From the NCBI RefSeq assembly GCF_001194135.2, contig NC_068998.1:50941288-51005287 (forward strand): a DNA stretch of 64,000 bases. The letters run 5' to 3'. Below, piece by piece: positions 23,767 to 37,183 of this stretch. The notes beneath the pieces are model-generated. The model made no database searches. It was not told the origin of the DNA and saw only the letters and a program-made list of their open reading frames with translations. The position numbers and the translations under genes are program-made. Each line of letters opens with the position of its first letter. The first letter of the stretch is position 1. The stretch is from Octopus bimaculoides (Eukaryota).

Positions 23767-24417
23767 GTATTTATGTATGTGTGTGTGGGTGTATTTGTAT
23801 ATATTTATGTGTGGGTGTATTTGTATATATTTATATGTGTGCTGTGCAGTTCATATGTGCACGTATATGTGAGTATGAACATATGCATGAATATGTATTT
23901 ATGAATGTATGTATGTGTGAGTGTGCGTATGTTTGCATATGTATGCGAATATGTGTGTATGCATGTATATCGGAGAGCTTTTGAGTATGTATACGCGTGT
24001 GTGCTTGGTTAATGTGTATAAGCTTCATGTCTTTTTCTTTTTTCTTTATCTCTTATAGATAATAAGACGCATTTAAACGTTTTTCTTTCTGATAATATTA
24101 ACGAGGTGCTCTACATTTAGAACATCTAAACATTTCACAATATTTTAAGGATATTGTCGTTAATGAGATATCTTAAAAACCCATCCTTCATTTTGCTTAT
24201 CTCTTTTCTCCATATTTAATCTCGCCAGTCCACTGATGCCGCATGGCAGCTTTCACGGAAAGACGTATTAAATGGATCTTCAACAAATTAAATGGATACG
24301 TCTACAGAAGGGCAGCGTTGTGTCTTTCTCTGCATGTTTTTATTTCTAAGTCTTTCAGGATTCTGATTCTGGGTCTTTTATTATGATTTCTAATCGTTTA
24401 ACCATTCATTATTTATC

Positions 24418-24630
24418 ATTTGCTTGTTTCAGTCATTGGACTGCGGCCATGTTGGGGCAATCGCCTTGTAGAGTTTTTTAGTCGAACGAATCGAAACCCC
24501 AGTTCCTCATTATTATTAAAACGTGGTATTTATTCGATCAATCTTTTTTGCCGGACCGTTAAGTCACGAGGACGTAAACGGACTAATACTGGTTGTCAAG
24601 CAGTGGCGGCAGACAAATACAAACACAAAG
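24418..24630 (-). mobile_element. SINE family B, 3' half
   Basis: ttgtttcagtcattggactgcggccatg...ggttgtcaagcagtgg. Confidence 0.8.
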
Positions 24631-24801
24631 ACACATGCACATGAAAACACACACATACACGCATATACACATGCATAGATACATACACAATGCATACATG
24701 CATACATACATTAATACACACACATACACACACACACATAAATCACCGAGAACACAGCGTTTCCCTTGAACTGGACGCCAGTCCGCTACAGGTTTCAAGA
24801 A

Positions 24802-25125
24802 CAGCACTTTTGAGGGGAGGGGATGAGTCGATTCCATTGACCATCTATTTTATTTCATAGACCCTGAAGGAATAAAAGGCAAAGTTGATCTCTGCGGGAT
24901 TTGAACTCAGAAGGTAAAAGAACTGGAAGAAATATTCTTTTCTACTCTAAGTACAAGGCACAAAATTTTGGGCTCCAGTACGCAGATTGTACTTGATTTA
25001 TCGATCCCGAAAGGATGAAAGGCAAAATTGACCTCGGTGGAATTCGAACTCAGAACGTAACGACAGACGAAGTACCGCTGAACATTTCGCCCGGCGTGCT
25101 AACGGTTCTGCCAGCTCGCCGCCTT
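24802..25125 (-). mobile_element. Two tandem SINE family A copies (about 24802-24930 and 24933-25125)
   Basis: Two successive gaccc(c/t)gaa-ggat-aaaggcaaa...tttgaactcagaa blocks; the second has a complete head. Confidence 0.85.
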
Positions 25126-25174
25126 AACCTGAAGAAATACTTCTAAGCATCTTGTCCGCCTTATTGTTATCTCT

Positions 25175-26170
25175 GTAATAGATTATTGTTTGTATCGACT
25201 CCATATTTCTTGTATTTGGGGTAAGTACATTCTATCTGTATCAGCTTCTGGGTGGTAGCTTCAGAACTCAGTCTGTAGTCTTCGTGGTGTTATTTTTGTT
25301 CTGTCTAAGCTCTTCAAGTCACTTAACATCCACTTTATTATAAAGAAGCTGTGGTTTATAACTAGGATAACAACCGTATTTAAACACGTTATCTACGTCT
25401 AGCATTAAGTTCATTTTATAATATCACGACGACTCTTCAGAAAGAATCTTTCCTAATTTTCTACATCATTTCTGTGTGTTATATTTTATCAGTTTTATCT
25501 CCCCCTCCTCCAACTCAGTATTTATATGTTTGGTTCAGGTCTGATTCTCTCAATTCAGTATTTGCATTTCATTTAATGTACTCAATTATAATTAATTTGC
25601 TTTTATCATTCGTATGCCTAATCTCTTTATTGCTAGAATAAATTTATAAACGATCTTCAGTAGGCTTTTTTTTTTCGTTAACATTTCTAAATATTCTAAA
25701 GTCTCCACATTGAGAAGATTGTTCATATAATTTATCTGTAGCATCTGTGACCAACAGTGGTTTTATTCAACAGATCTATTGATAGATCCAGAGTCAAGTA
25801 AATGAGTAAAGTGCACAAGGAGTAGCCATTGCAAGATTCTTTTTCGTATGAGTATAAGGCTGGCTTTAATTATTATTTTTCCTTTGCCTTGTAACGTAAC
25901 TGTTGTTTGATGTTGTATGTTAGTAGCTAGGCTGCTTCTTATGTTTCCATTTTTCAAGAATCTAGAATGTTATCCAATACTTTTCGGTAATCAATCCAAG
26001 ACATACCAAAGTTACTTTTGATGTCATTATTTCTTTCCGTCTTTTTGCTATCTCGGTTACCTTTCTTTTTATGGACAGGTTCATAACAGAGTCGGGGCAA
26101 AAATGCTGGTTTTTGTTCTAACTCTTTGCATTCGGTGTTCAGATACTGCCGAAAAGTCATCTTCACTTTT
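25175..26170 (-). mobile_element. R4/Dong-like non-LTR retrotransposon RT fragment, heavily degenerate
   Basis: Reverse-strand peptides SNFGMSWIDYRKVLDNI (NL.MAWIDY.KAFD motif), LLNKTTVG, YKYLG, NELNAR and HPEADTDRMYLP match R4/Dong RT and post-RT motifs; many stops and frameshifts. Confidence 0.7.
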
Positions 26171-26354
26171 CAGCTTCCTGAGGTCGATAATATATAGTAC
26201 GAGATAAGTACAGGCGTCTATGCAATCGACTAACCCATTCCTCGAAATTTATGATATTGCATTTACCAGTAACATACTGGAGTCGACGGTATCGAGTACG
26301 TAACTACTTGTAACCTTGAATGTCCACATGATTTCAATGAACCATTAAGTGGTC

Positions 26355-26552
26355 GATTCTCAGACCAGGCGTTGTGAGTGTTTATTGAGCGAAAACACTT
26401 AAAGCTCTACGAGGCTCCGGCAGGGGGTCGAAGCTAACCCTGCTGTACTCTTTAACCACAACTTTCTCTCACTCTTTCACTCTTTCTTCCTGTTTCTGTT
26501 GTACCTGTAATTCAAAGGGCCAGCCTTGTCACACTCTGTGTCACGCCGAATC
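26355..26552 (+). mobile_element. SINE family C variant, truncated by a family B head (26553-26630, minus strand)
   Basis: ttgtacctgtaattcaaagggccagccttgtcacactctgtgtcacgccgaatc matches 53825-53880, then switches to ccaaggtgccaggcaatgggactgaaccc. Confidence 0.75.
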
Positions 26553-26924
26553 CAAGGTGCCAGGCAATGGGACTGAACCCAGAACCATGTGGTTAGGAAG
26601 CAAGCTTTTTAGCATGCAGCCATGCCTGCGCATATATATATATATANNNNNNNNNNNNNNNNNNNNNNNNNNNNNNNNNNNNNNNNNNNNNNNNNNNNNN
26701 NNNNNNNNNNNNNNNNNNNNNNNNNNNNNNNNNNNNNNNNNNNNNNNNNNNNNNNNNNNNNNNNNNNNNNNNNNNNNNNNNNNNNNNNNNNNNNNNNNNN
26801 NNNNNNNNNNNNNNNNNNNNNNNNNNNNNNNNNNNNNNNNNNNNTATATATATATATATTTGTACACTCACATAACATCAGTATGTGTACATGTGTGTGT
26901 ATGGGTGTCTAAGTATATTTATTA

Positions 26925-26962
<38 letters not shown>

Positions 26963-27381
26963 CATATTTCTCTTCGTATTTATATCACTATACATATACA
27001 CACATACATATATGCATTCACACACGTACACATATACATATACAAACGTACATACATACATACACTTCAGGAAAAATTGCATTCAGCATTAACATATTGA
27101 AATTCATTCATTCATAACTGATGAAAGTCTGCTTCTAAATAAACTGGAGAAAAATCAATGTGAGACGCAGTTTACAAAACAAAAAACCTTCCCAAGCGTG
27201 AGCCAATCAAATTGGAATCCATCAACAAGAGATATTAACCCAGACGAAGACAAGAATAGACTTAATGAACAATACAACTGATGAATATATGGGAAACATT
27301 AAATTTCAGGCGTCTCTTCAATATTGGATTACAAAGACAGGTATTTATTTACAGATTTTACCGACCAGCAAAATGTGTGTA

Positions 27382-27770
27382 GGTTTGTAGCCAAGTGGTT
27401 AGGCTGTTGCACTCATGATCGTAAGATTGCAGTTTCGATTCCAGTACTAAGTCGGGTAATGAGTTGTGTTCCCTCGTGTTTCGTTGTGTTGTGTTGTGTT
27501 GTGTTTCTTTGTGTTGCGTTGTGTAGTGTTTCGTTACGTTACGTTATGTTTCGTTACGTTGTGTTGTTCTCCGTTACGTTCTATTGCGTTGCGTTGTGCT
27601 GTGTTCTTGAGAAAGATACTTCACTTAGCATGCTCCAGCCCGCACAGCTTTAAGTGAGTATCCCGGCGACGAGTTGGCATCCTGTCCAGGGGAGAATATT
27701 GTCATCTCGGCCGTTTATCCGCCCCGGAAACTGGGTAACCGGCTGTATCAGTCCCATGGCTCAAGCAAAA
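27382..27770 (+). mobile_element. SINE family C-like copy with an internal pentamer expansion
   Basis: gtagccaagtggttagg (A box), gtttcgattcc (B box), then (GTTGT/GTTAC/GTTTC)n at about 27470-27605, then ttcttgagaaagatacttcac. Confidence 0.75.
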
Positions 27771-28054
27771 TTTTTAAAAATTTGCATTCAAAACCAATAG
27801 TTCTTAACCTTGTTGACAGCAACATCTTTAGGTCACTGTCAGGAAACAAATGGTCGGCGAACGTCTAAGGGCACCAACAAACTCTGGGTTTTTAGAGAGG
27901 CTATAAGCTCCCTTGGATATTAACTAAAACTTGGATACGATACCTAAACAATATTTCAACGAAAATATCTTTGTCGAGATTAAGATATTAATCGAACGTC
28001 AACAGTGAGCCGAATCACCACTCACGGTTTGTCAAAGTCCAATATACTTTCGTT

Positions 28055-28212
28055 AGCTGGCAGAAACGTTAGCGCGCCGGGCGAAATGCTTAACGGTATT
28101 TCGTCAGTCTCTACGTGTTCAAATTCCGCCGAGGTCGATTTCATCCTTTCGGGGTCGATAAATTAAGTACCAGTTGTGTACTGGGTCGATCTAATCGACT
28201 GGCTCCCTCCCT
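28055..28212 (+). mobile_element. SINE family A
   Basis: agctggcagaaacgttagcgcgccgggcgaaatg...ctttcggggtcgataaattaagtacc. Confidence 0.9.
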
Positions 28213-29397
28213 AAGGAGAAAAAGATTATACAAGTCCTCGTCTTTTTTAGTGATGTCCATCAAAATCTAAAATAAGGAATATCAAACCACACAAATATCT
28301 AAAAAGAAAACCGCATTTGCTGGATGGAATACTATTAGCAAACAGGGGCAATAAAACACTGCGCAAAACTAATTTTTATTTAATTAAAATAATCTGCCAC
28401 CGTCTTTTTCTCTTTTTTTTTGTGTGTGAGAAATGAGGATGGGAGAAGATACGTTTGTAAAATGCCTTTCCACAGAAGGAGTCGCATTACTGCAAATGGT
28501 TGATAACAGCTGTTATAGGGGTTGACGTATGTCTCATGTGATCTTAAGTAAAAAAAGAGATTCGTTTTAAATGTGTTGAATGAATAAATGGATATTGTTT
28601 CTTTTCACTAGAACACAAGACTATGATAACAGGCATGGTTATACGATTATGAACATCGCTTCGCCTATACGTCATCCGGGTGTCCATCCCTTTGGCATAA
28701 ATACTTGGTTAGCTGAGATAATTTAGTCATGTTTCGGCCACGGAATGGTCCAGGCCATGTCCACCTTATATTATACGATGGCTGTCTATTTCTGATAAAG
28801 TAAGTCCATATATACATATATATATACATATATATANNNNNNNNNNNNNNNNNNNNNNNNNNNNNNNNNNNNNNNNNNNNNNNNNNNNNNNNNNNNNNNN
28901 NNNNNNNNNNNNNNNNNNNNNNNNNNNNNNNNNNNNNNNNNNNNNNNNNNNNNNNNNNNNNNNNNNNNNNNNNNNNNNNNNNNNNNNNNNNNNNNNNNNN
29001 NNNNNNNNNNNNNNNNNNNNNNNNNNNNNNNNNNNNNNNNNNNNNNNNNNNNNNNNNNNNNNNNNNNNNNNNNNNNNNNNNNNNNNNNNNNNNNNNNNNN
29101 NNNNNNNNNNNNNNNNNNNNNNNNNNNNNNNNNNNNNNNNNNNNNNNNNNNNNNNNNNNNNNNNNNNNNNNNNNNNNNNNNNNNNNNNNNNNNNNNNNNN
29201 NNNNNNNNNNNNNNNNNNNNNNNNNNNNNNNNNNNNNNNNNNNNNNNNNNNNNNNNNNNNNNNNNNNNNNNNNNNNNNNNNNNNNNNNNNNNNNNNNNNN
29301 NNNNNNNNNNNNNNNNNNNNNNNNNNNNNNNNNNNNNNNNNNNNNNNNNNNNNNNNNNNNNNNNNNNNNNNNNNNNNNNNNNNNNNNNNNNNNNNNN

Positions 29398-29462
<65 letters not shown>

Positions 29463-29608
29463 CAGAGAAAGAGAGAAAAAGAGAGAGAGAGGGTGGAAAT
29501 AGGGCAAAAGAATAAAGGGAGAGAAACGAGAGTGAGGGAGGGAGGTTTCGGGCCATAGACAAGACTCAAAAAGAAAGAAAAAAAAAAGACAAAAAAAAAC
29601 AAACTTAC

Positions 29609-29699
29609 CTTTCAGGTGTTCCGATCAAGATGGAATGAGAAGCGGATGTTTCTGAGCTGGTCGCAGCATTGGTTCACGAGTTGTGGAACTGCAGAATTT
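29609..29699 (-). other. Candidate spliced exon (91 nt; stop codons in all three frames)
   Basis: Reverse strand tttaactgtttatctatttattccaAG | exon | ...ctgaaag GTAAGT: branch-like motif, pyrimidine tract and consensus donor. Confidence 0.3.
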
Positions 29700-31058
29700 C
29701 TTGGAATAAATAGATAAACAGTTAAATAAATAAATAAAATTTATAGTAATCATAAATATATAAATATGAAAGAAAAAGTAACAGATATTTAATTTATGAA
29801 ATTATGAAATCATAACTAATATAGAAATATACATACATACACAAACATGTGCTCACACAAACAGACACAGACGCACACATACATAGACACACAAACACGC
29901 ATTCTTTGCATATATGTATATATACATGTACGTATGTTTGTATATATATTGTTTGTATATGTTTTGTTTGTATATATATTGTTTGTATATATATTTTTTG
30001 TATATATGGTGGCAGCTGATGAAGGAGATGTTTCTATGTGGCTTGCTTGTTTCTTGTACCTTGTTTATCATTTTGTCCATGTTCTTTTGCCACGTCATGT
30101 ACCCAGTTATGTATTTATATGTACATGTAGATGAATGTATGTACATACATGTACATATANNNNNNNNNNNNNNNNNNNNNNNNNNNNNNNNNNNNNNNNN
30201 NNNNNNNNNNNNNNNNNNNNNNNNNNNNNNNNNNNNNNNNNNNNNNNNNNNNNNNNNNNNNNNNNNNNNNNNNNNNNNNNNNNNNNNNNNNNNNNNNNNN
30301 NNNNNNNNNNNNNNNNNNNNNNNNNNNNNNNNNNNNNNNNNNNNNNNNNNNNNNNNNNNNNNNNNNNNNNNNNNNNNNNNNNNNNNNNNNNNNNNNNNNN
30401 NNNNNNNNNNNNNNNNNNNNNNNNNNNNNNNNNNNNNNNNNNNNNNNNNNNNNNNNNNNNNNNNNNNNNNNNNNNNNNNNNNNNNNNNNNNNNNNNNNNN
30501 NNNNNNNNNNNNNNNNNNNNNNNNNNNNNNNNNNNNNNNNNNNNNNNNNNNNNNNNNNNNNNNNNNNNNNNNNNNNNNNNNNNNNNNNNNNNNNNNNNNN
30601 NNNNNNNNNNNNNNNNNNNNNNNNNNNNNNNNNNNNNNNNNNNNNNNNNNNNNNNNNNNNNNNNNNNNNNNNNNNNNNNNNNNNNNNNNNNNNNNNNNNN
30701 NNNNNNNNNNNNNNNNNNNNNNNNNNNNNNNNNNNNNNNNNNNNNNNNNNNNNNNNNNNNNNNNNNNNNNNNNNNNNNNNNNNNNNNNNNNNNNNNNNNN
30801 NNNNNNNNNNNNNNNNNNNNNNNNNNNNNNNNNNNNNNNNNNNNNNNNNNNNNNNNNNNNNNNNNNNNNNNNNNNNNNNNNNNNNNNNNNNNNNNNNNNN
30901 NNNNNNNNNNNNNNNNNNNNNNNNNNNNNNNNNNNNNNNNNNNNNNNNNNNNNNNNNNNNNNNNNNNNNNNNNNNNNNNNNNNATATATATATATATATA
31001 TATAATCTCTATAAATTTCTCAACGAGAGACGTTCAGTAATAGCAACAGTAACAGTTT

Positions 31059-31130
31059 CCTGGGGCTAAATAACAGTAACATTCGTCCTAAACCAGGACC
31101 GCAACGTTATGTTGGAAAATAATCTTTACT
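31059..31130. mobile_element. Single arm of the hairpin MITE family at 61084
   Basis: ctaaataacagtaacattcgtcctaaaccaggaccgcaacgttatgttggaaaataatctttac+ta matches 61270-61336. Confidence 0.75.
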
Positions 31131-31289
31131 ATATATATATATATATATTCTGAAACGTTTGCAAGACCTCTACGATTGGTATGTGAAGAAGAATAAATGG
31201 AAGACCGAAGCCAATTGTCATGGTCTCTATTCACTTCACAGAGCTGGTTTGCGGCGTTTGGATGCTTGAATTACGGTAGGCCAGTCTTG

Positions 31290-31428
31290 GGCCATGTTCT
31301 CGAGAAGCGGGCCGCATGAGAAATATGCTCATCACCAGGCAGGCCACACAGCTATAAAGAATTCATGCTAAGTCGTCGTTAATCATGTTATTTGGAAAGT
31401 TTCTTGGTCCGCAGTTCGCCTATGGCTG
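31290..31428. mobile_element. Possible hAT/Charlie-type MITE remnant
   Basis: Ends ggtccgcagttcgcctatggctg (reverse complement cagccataggcgaactgcggacc), with upstream gcgggccgc motifs; resembles CAGnnnTGGGCAAACTnCGGCCC termini. Confidence 0.35.
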
Positions 31429-32269
31429 CAATAGGCTCAGCTAAAGGCTTCTCCATATCACGCTACCCGGGTTTTCCCGCCGGTGCGATCATCACCTGTA
31501 CACATACACACACACACACACACACATATTGGAATAGTATATTTATGCTAGAGTTGGTGGTTCATTGACGTAGCATACTGTACGACAGCAAGCATCCGTA
31601 TAAAGGAATATTTAATTAAATCTCTGCACCAAAGTTCCTCACGCATAGAAAAATAAATCCGTTTACAAGAAAACTTACGAGGAATACAACATGGAAATGC
31701 GATGCAATGACCTTGAGATTAGCATACAGTAACTCGGAGCAGTTTTTATTTCTGTAGAGCAAGTTATTTGGGGTGAATTCAAGTTTAAACATTCTACAAT
31801 TTAGTGAAATCCTTACCAGTATTGTTTTGATTTTAGCATTTTCTGAGAACTTCTAAAAGGTTGGTATCTCAGACTTGTATTTCTTTGGTAGTTCGCGAAA
31901 GAAAATATGAATTCTTGGATGAAAGACAAATTTGAATTGATGTAGCAGAAAGAGAAAAAGAAAAGCGGAGATTTGTCTTGTTTTTGTTTCTTTGAGTAAA
32001 ATGAGTAAATAGTGCCAGTTGAAGAAATGAGGCATAATAAAATTAAGTTCAGGTTACTGGCATCTTATTATTTTCTTTTACCAACCACTGCAGAGTACCT
32101 GGGTGCATACCTTTAAGGTAGAAATTGAAAGCGATGGCGTGTGAAGAAACTATTTTCTATGGCAAAGAAAATAAAGCGACGTAATTAAACTAGAATCAGT
32201 AGAAACGGGTGATAGTCTACGTCAGCAAGAAATAGATACATAAATAAGATATACAATAAAAAGAAAAAA

Positions 32270-32373
<104 letters not shown>

Positions 32374-32796
32374 AATTAGGCACAGATTTGGGGTAAAAAG
32401 TTTTTACTTCACAATTGCATACATTTAGGTTCGATCTTACGAAACGCCTGCTGGAGAAATGACTGTTACTGTGATATCCGGTTAACCAATGACTTGCGAG
32501 TGGAATGTGATGTACGGAAACTATGCAGAAGCCTATCTTCAACTCACATACATATATACACACACACAAAAATACGTAGGCATGCACATGCGTACACATA
32601 TACACGCATGTTCACAAGCAATAACAGAATGGTATCACTCAAAACGTATTACTCTGAAACGCAACGGATTGGTCGACCACATCCGGGTACACCATACCCT
32701 GTCTTCTTTTCTCATATGACGTCCTTGGTCATCGTCGACAACGACAGACGAACTATGATGATGATGATTAAGATATACATATATACATACTTATAC

Positions 32797-32836
<40 letters not shown>

Positions 32837-33201
32837 NNNNNNNNNNNNNNNNNNNNNNNNNNNNNNNNNNNNNNNNNNNNNNNNNNNNNNNNNNNNNNNN
32901 NNNNNNNNNNNNNNNNNNNNNNNNNNNNNNNNNNNNNNNNNNNNNNNNNNNNNNNNNNNNNNNNNNNNNNNNNNNNNNNNNNNNNNNNNNNNNNNNNNNN
33001 NNNNNNNNNNNNNNNNNNNNNNNNNNNNNNNNNNNNNNNNNNNNNNNNNNNNNNNNNNNNNNNNNNNNNNNNNNNNNNNNNNNNNNNNNNNNNNNNNNNN
33101 NNNNNNNNNNNNNNNNNNNNNNNNNNNNNNNNNNNNNNNNNNNNNNNNNNNNNNNNNNNNNNNNNNNNNNNNNNNNNNNNNNNNNNNNNNNNNNATACAC
33201 A

Positions 33202-33279
<78 letters not shown>

Positions 33280-33379
33280 CACACACGCATATACATTTAT
33301 GAGTGCTATTGCACACGCGCGCACTACCACTCGCACATTTATTTGAATTACCGTTGACCTTGTTGGATACTGTTATTCA

Positions 33380-33560
33380 ACCCTAGGTTACTCCCAATGA
33401 AGCAGACCTACAATCCAAAGTGACCCAGCCTGGAACATTCCTTCATTTCATATCTCTATGACTTTAACGTGCCATGTCTCGTTTCGTTTTAAAAACAGTA
33501 AGGTGAAATTTGAAGTAGGGTTAGCTGCTATTTTCGCAATCGGGACTAGCTCATAAGGGT
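33380..33560 (+). repeat. Dispersed repeat family E
   Basis: aaccctaggttactcccaatgaagcagacctacaatccaaag...ttagctgctattttcgcaatc. Confidence 0.6.
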
Positions 33561-33764
33561 TCTTTTCACTGTAACAAACAAAGGTGAGTGATGTCATTTA
33601 GCTGCTTCCATAGCTGTTGGTTTCTTCAATGTCATTTGATACGGAACGCTTTGCAGTTGTCAGCGCCGTTGCGTTTAAATCTTCGTTATGGCAGTGAGTG
33701 ATTTTGTAGGGAAGCCAGAATCTTGTTGGTGTAATATATAGCATTAGGAGCGGTGATATCAGCA

Positions 33765-34175
33765 ACAATATCGACAACAACAACTGTAACAACAACAACA
33801 ACAACAGCAGCAGCAGCAGCAACAGGAACAACAGCGATAATAGCAGCAACAGCAACAAAATAAGACAGCAGCAGTGCAGCAACAACAGCAGCAGCTGCGG
33901 CAGCCGCAATCACAACGACAAAAGCAACAGCAGCAGCAGTAGCAACAACAACAAAAACAGTAATAACTGCACTATCAACAACCACTACAACAACATCATC
34001 GATAGCAGCAACTGTAGCAACAACAATTGCAACGACAACAGCAAGTACCCAAGTAACTATAACTGTAACAGGAAGAATATTAATTACAGCTCTAACGACA
34101 ACAGAAGCAGCAACAATAACAACAACAATATCACCAACAAGAACGACAAGAACGACGGTGATCGTCAACAAAGAC
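33765..34175. repeat. Degenerate (AAC/AGC)n low-complexity tract
   Basis: Direct reading. Confidence 0.9.
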
Positions 34176-34274
34176 AATAACGGTTTCAAATTTTGGCACA
34201 AGGCCAGCAATTTCGGGGTGTGTGTGCTAAGTCGATTACATCGATCCCAACTGGTCTATTTTAAAAAAATTCTT

Positions 34275-34482
34275 TTACATGTTTCACTCATTTGACTGCG
34301 GCCATGCTGGAGCACCACCTTCAGTCAAAGAAGTCGAGGCCAGGACTTATCCTTTGTAAGCCCGTGCTTATTCTATCGGCTTCTTTTGCCGAACCACTAA
34401 GTTACAGGGACGTAAACGCACCAACATCGGTTGTCAAACGATGGTGGAGGGACAAACACAGAGACATAAATACATACATACA

Positions 34483-34514
<32 letters not shown>

Positions 34515-34680
34515 NNNNNNNNNNNNNNNNNNNNNNNNNNNNNNNNNNNNNNNNNNNNNNNNNNNNNNNNNNNNNNNNNNNNNNNNNNNNNNNNNNNNNN
34601 NNNNNNNNNNNNNNNNNNNNNNNNNNNNNNNNNNNNNNNNNNNNNNNNNNNNNNNNNNNNNNNNNNNNNNNNATATATAT

Positions 34681-34720
<40 letters not shown>

Positions 34721-34790
34721 GGGCAGGGCTTTTTTCAGTTTACATCTACCGAATTCACTCAGTAGGCTTTGGTCGGCCCGAAGTTATAGA
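34275..34790 (-). mobile_element. SINE family B spanning a gap, flanked by family A pieces (34188-34262, 34798-34880)
   Basis: catttgactgcggccatgctggagcacc...ggttgtcaaacgatgg, and after the gap gggcttttttcagtttacatctacc...ggctttggtcggccc. Confidence 0.8.
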
Positions 34791-36949
34791 ATTTGAACTC
34801 GGCGGAATTTGAACTCAGAATGTAAAGACGGACGAAATGCTGCAAAGCATTTTACTCGGCACACTAACCATTCTGACAGACAAACAATAATTGCAACAAG
34901 AACAAGAACAACAACATTGTTCATAAAAACATCAAGCATAACAACAACAAAGGGAGTAACAGCATTGCAGTCACAGTAATTATGAAAATCATTTCAAAAT
35001 GTATTGAAACACATCAGTATTTCATTTACCTTCGTGGGTAGTTGTGCGTGAATTCATACATGCGTTCATGTGCATGAGAGTATGAATGCTTTCGTGTACA
35101 CGTGTGCGTGTCTATGTATATGTTTGTATGCATGTATGTACAAGCGTATTTGCATGTGTATATGTATATGTATGTGTGCGCGCGTGCACACGCACACACA
35201 CACACACACACACACATACACACATATATATATATAAATATATATATATACTTACATACATACATACACATATAAACACATGTATACATACATACGCATA
35301 TACATACCCACATACATTTGTTATCATATACGTAGTCACGCACAAACACTCACACATTTCGAGCAGCGATTCATGCAAACTTAATTCCCCATACATAAAG
35401 CACAAATACAAATACTCATACATGCATACACCCATACATACATACATAGAAATCTGCACATATATAAGCATACAAACAAAACTGCCCTGTTTTTGATGCT
35501 GAAATTCCAATGAAAAGGCCTTGGATCTAGGTTAGAAACCGGCTCTTTCTCCATTGCCAAGAAATCTCGAAATTAAACTGAACAGTAACATACATACATA
35601 CATACATACATACATACAAACATACATATATACATGCATACATACATACACATACGTAAATACTTAGACATACGTAAATGCATATGCATACGTAAATACA
35701 TACACACATGCATACTCATACAAGCACAGGTGAATTTTACCCAGTATCTGGAAAAAATATCCGTCGCCTAATTTAAGGTAATCTAAACTTAACCAGCTTC
35801 AAAGAAAAGCAACTGATAAGATGCAACAATAAAACTGTTAAGAAGGAAATGACCTGGCATCTATATTAACTGGCTTCCTGCTATCATCTAATCTTCTGTC
35901 TGCCTCGCTCTGTTCTGCTGTATGTTAAATTTCCCATCTAACACCTATATTAAGTGTTTTTTCCTATGGAATCAGTTACAGTTGTATCCATCTTTCCATG
36001 TTTTCAATGCAGAAATGTTACGAATAAAGTTTACACGTCTCTGACGACTTAACAATAAGTCCTGACCATGTAATTTACATTGTGTAATTTACAATAACTC
36101 TGTGTTAATGAAACGTACGTTTTGTTCCGTTTTTTTACATATACCCTGAGTAATAATCAAATCCAGATTTTAAAACAAAAGATCCAATTACCAAACATGA
36201 ACAGAAATACACATACATATATACATAGTTGTTATATATATTATATATATATCGTAAATGTATATACCCATGTATGTGATTGTGAGTGTGTATATTTGTG
36301 CGTATGAGAGTGTATGTGTGTGTGTTTGTGCGCGCGTGCATGCATACATGCATAATAAATTTTTATCGTAGCAGTCCTCATACCTTATTCGTGGAATTCC
36401 GGTTCCGTCTATTACACACACCCTTTTGTTTGTTTTAATCTACGTAATTCCTAGAACGTGCGAAGGAAATAACTTCAGCTGAAATAAAAATTTGGTTCCC
36501 TGCTGCCCCACCCAAGTAATCTATCTTCTCTGTATCCGGGTTCACCATTTTCTTGTTTCATATTCATAAACTAAATCAAACTCGTTTTAATATTAGCAAT
36601 TTATTTTACTTTATATAATTTCGAATTAAATCTAAAAAGCAAACTAATACAGACTGGTTAATCTATTTTGTGCTCAATCAATAATATTCCAGTCACATAC
36701 GCGTTTCAATCTTACTGATTTCATCAGTGCAAATTTTAACTTAAAATAAATATTCTTTCTAATTTAGCTTCAAAACCAATTTTGAGAGGAGGGGCAATTC
36801 GATTGCATCGAAACTAGTAACTAGCCACCTATTTTATTGACCCCCTAGAACTTAGAACGTAGAGATTCGGAAGAAATGTCGTTAAGAATTTTCTCCGGCG
36901 TGGTAACGATTCTGCCAGTTGGCCATCTTATTTTGAACTTTAATATTGA

Positions 36950-37150
36950 TTTCAAATTTTGGCCTAAGGCCAGTAATTTCGGGGGTAGTGATGGTAAATC
37001 CATCACATCGGTTCCAGTACTCAACTGGTACTTATTTCATCGACCCCGAAAGTCGACCTTGGCGGAATTTGAACTCAGAACATGAAGACAGACGAAATAC
37101 CGCTAAGCATTTAGCCCGGCGTGCTAACGATTCTGCCAGCTCACCGCCTT
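36950..37150 (-). mobile_element. SINE family A
   Basis: Full head and body; a more degenerate copy lies at about 36775-36915. Confidence 0.9.
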
Positions 37151-37183
37151 AAATTTTTTAAACTTTAATTTCAGTAGAGTAAA

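Noticed and set aside
28770-28806. tatacgatggctgtctatttctgataaagtaag as a mariner TIR
   Set aside because: Weak resemblance, no partner end, and it runs into (TA)n and a gap.
33686-34210. 174-aa Val/Ala-rich ORF
   Set aside because: Antisense reading of a degenerate AAC/AGC repeat.
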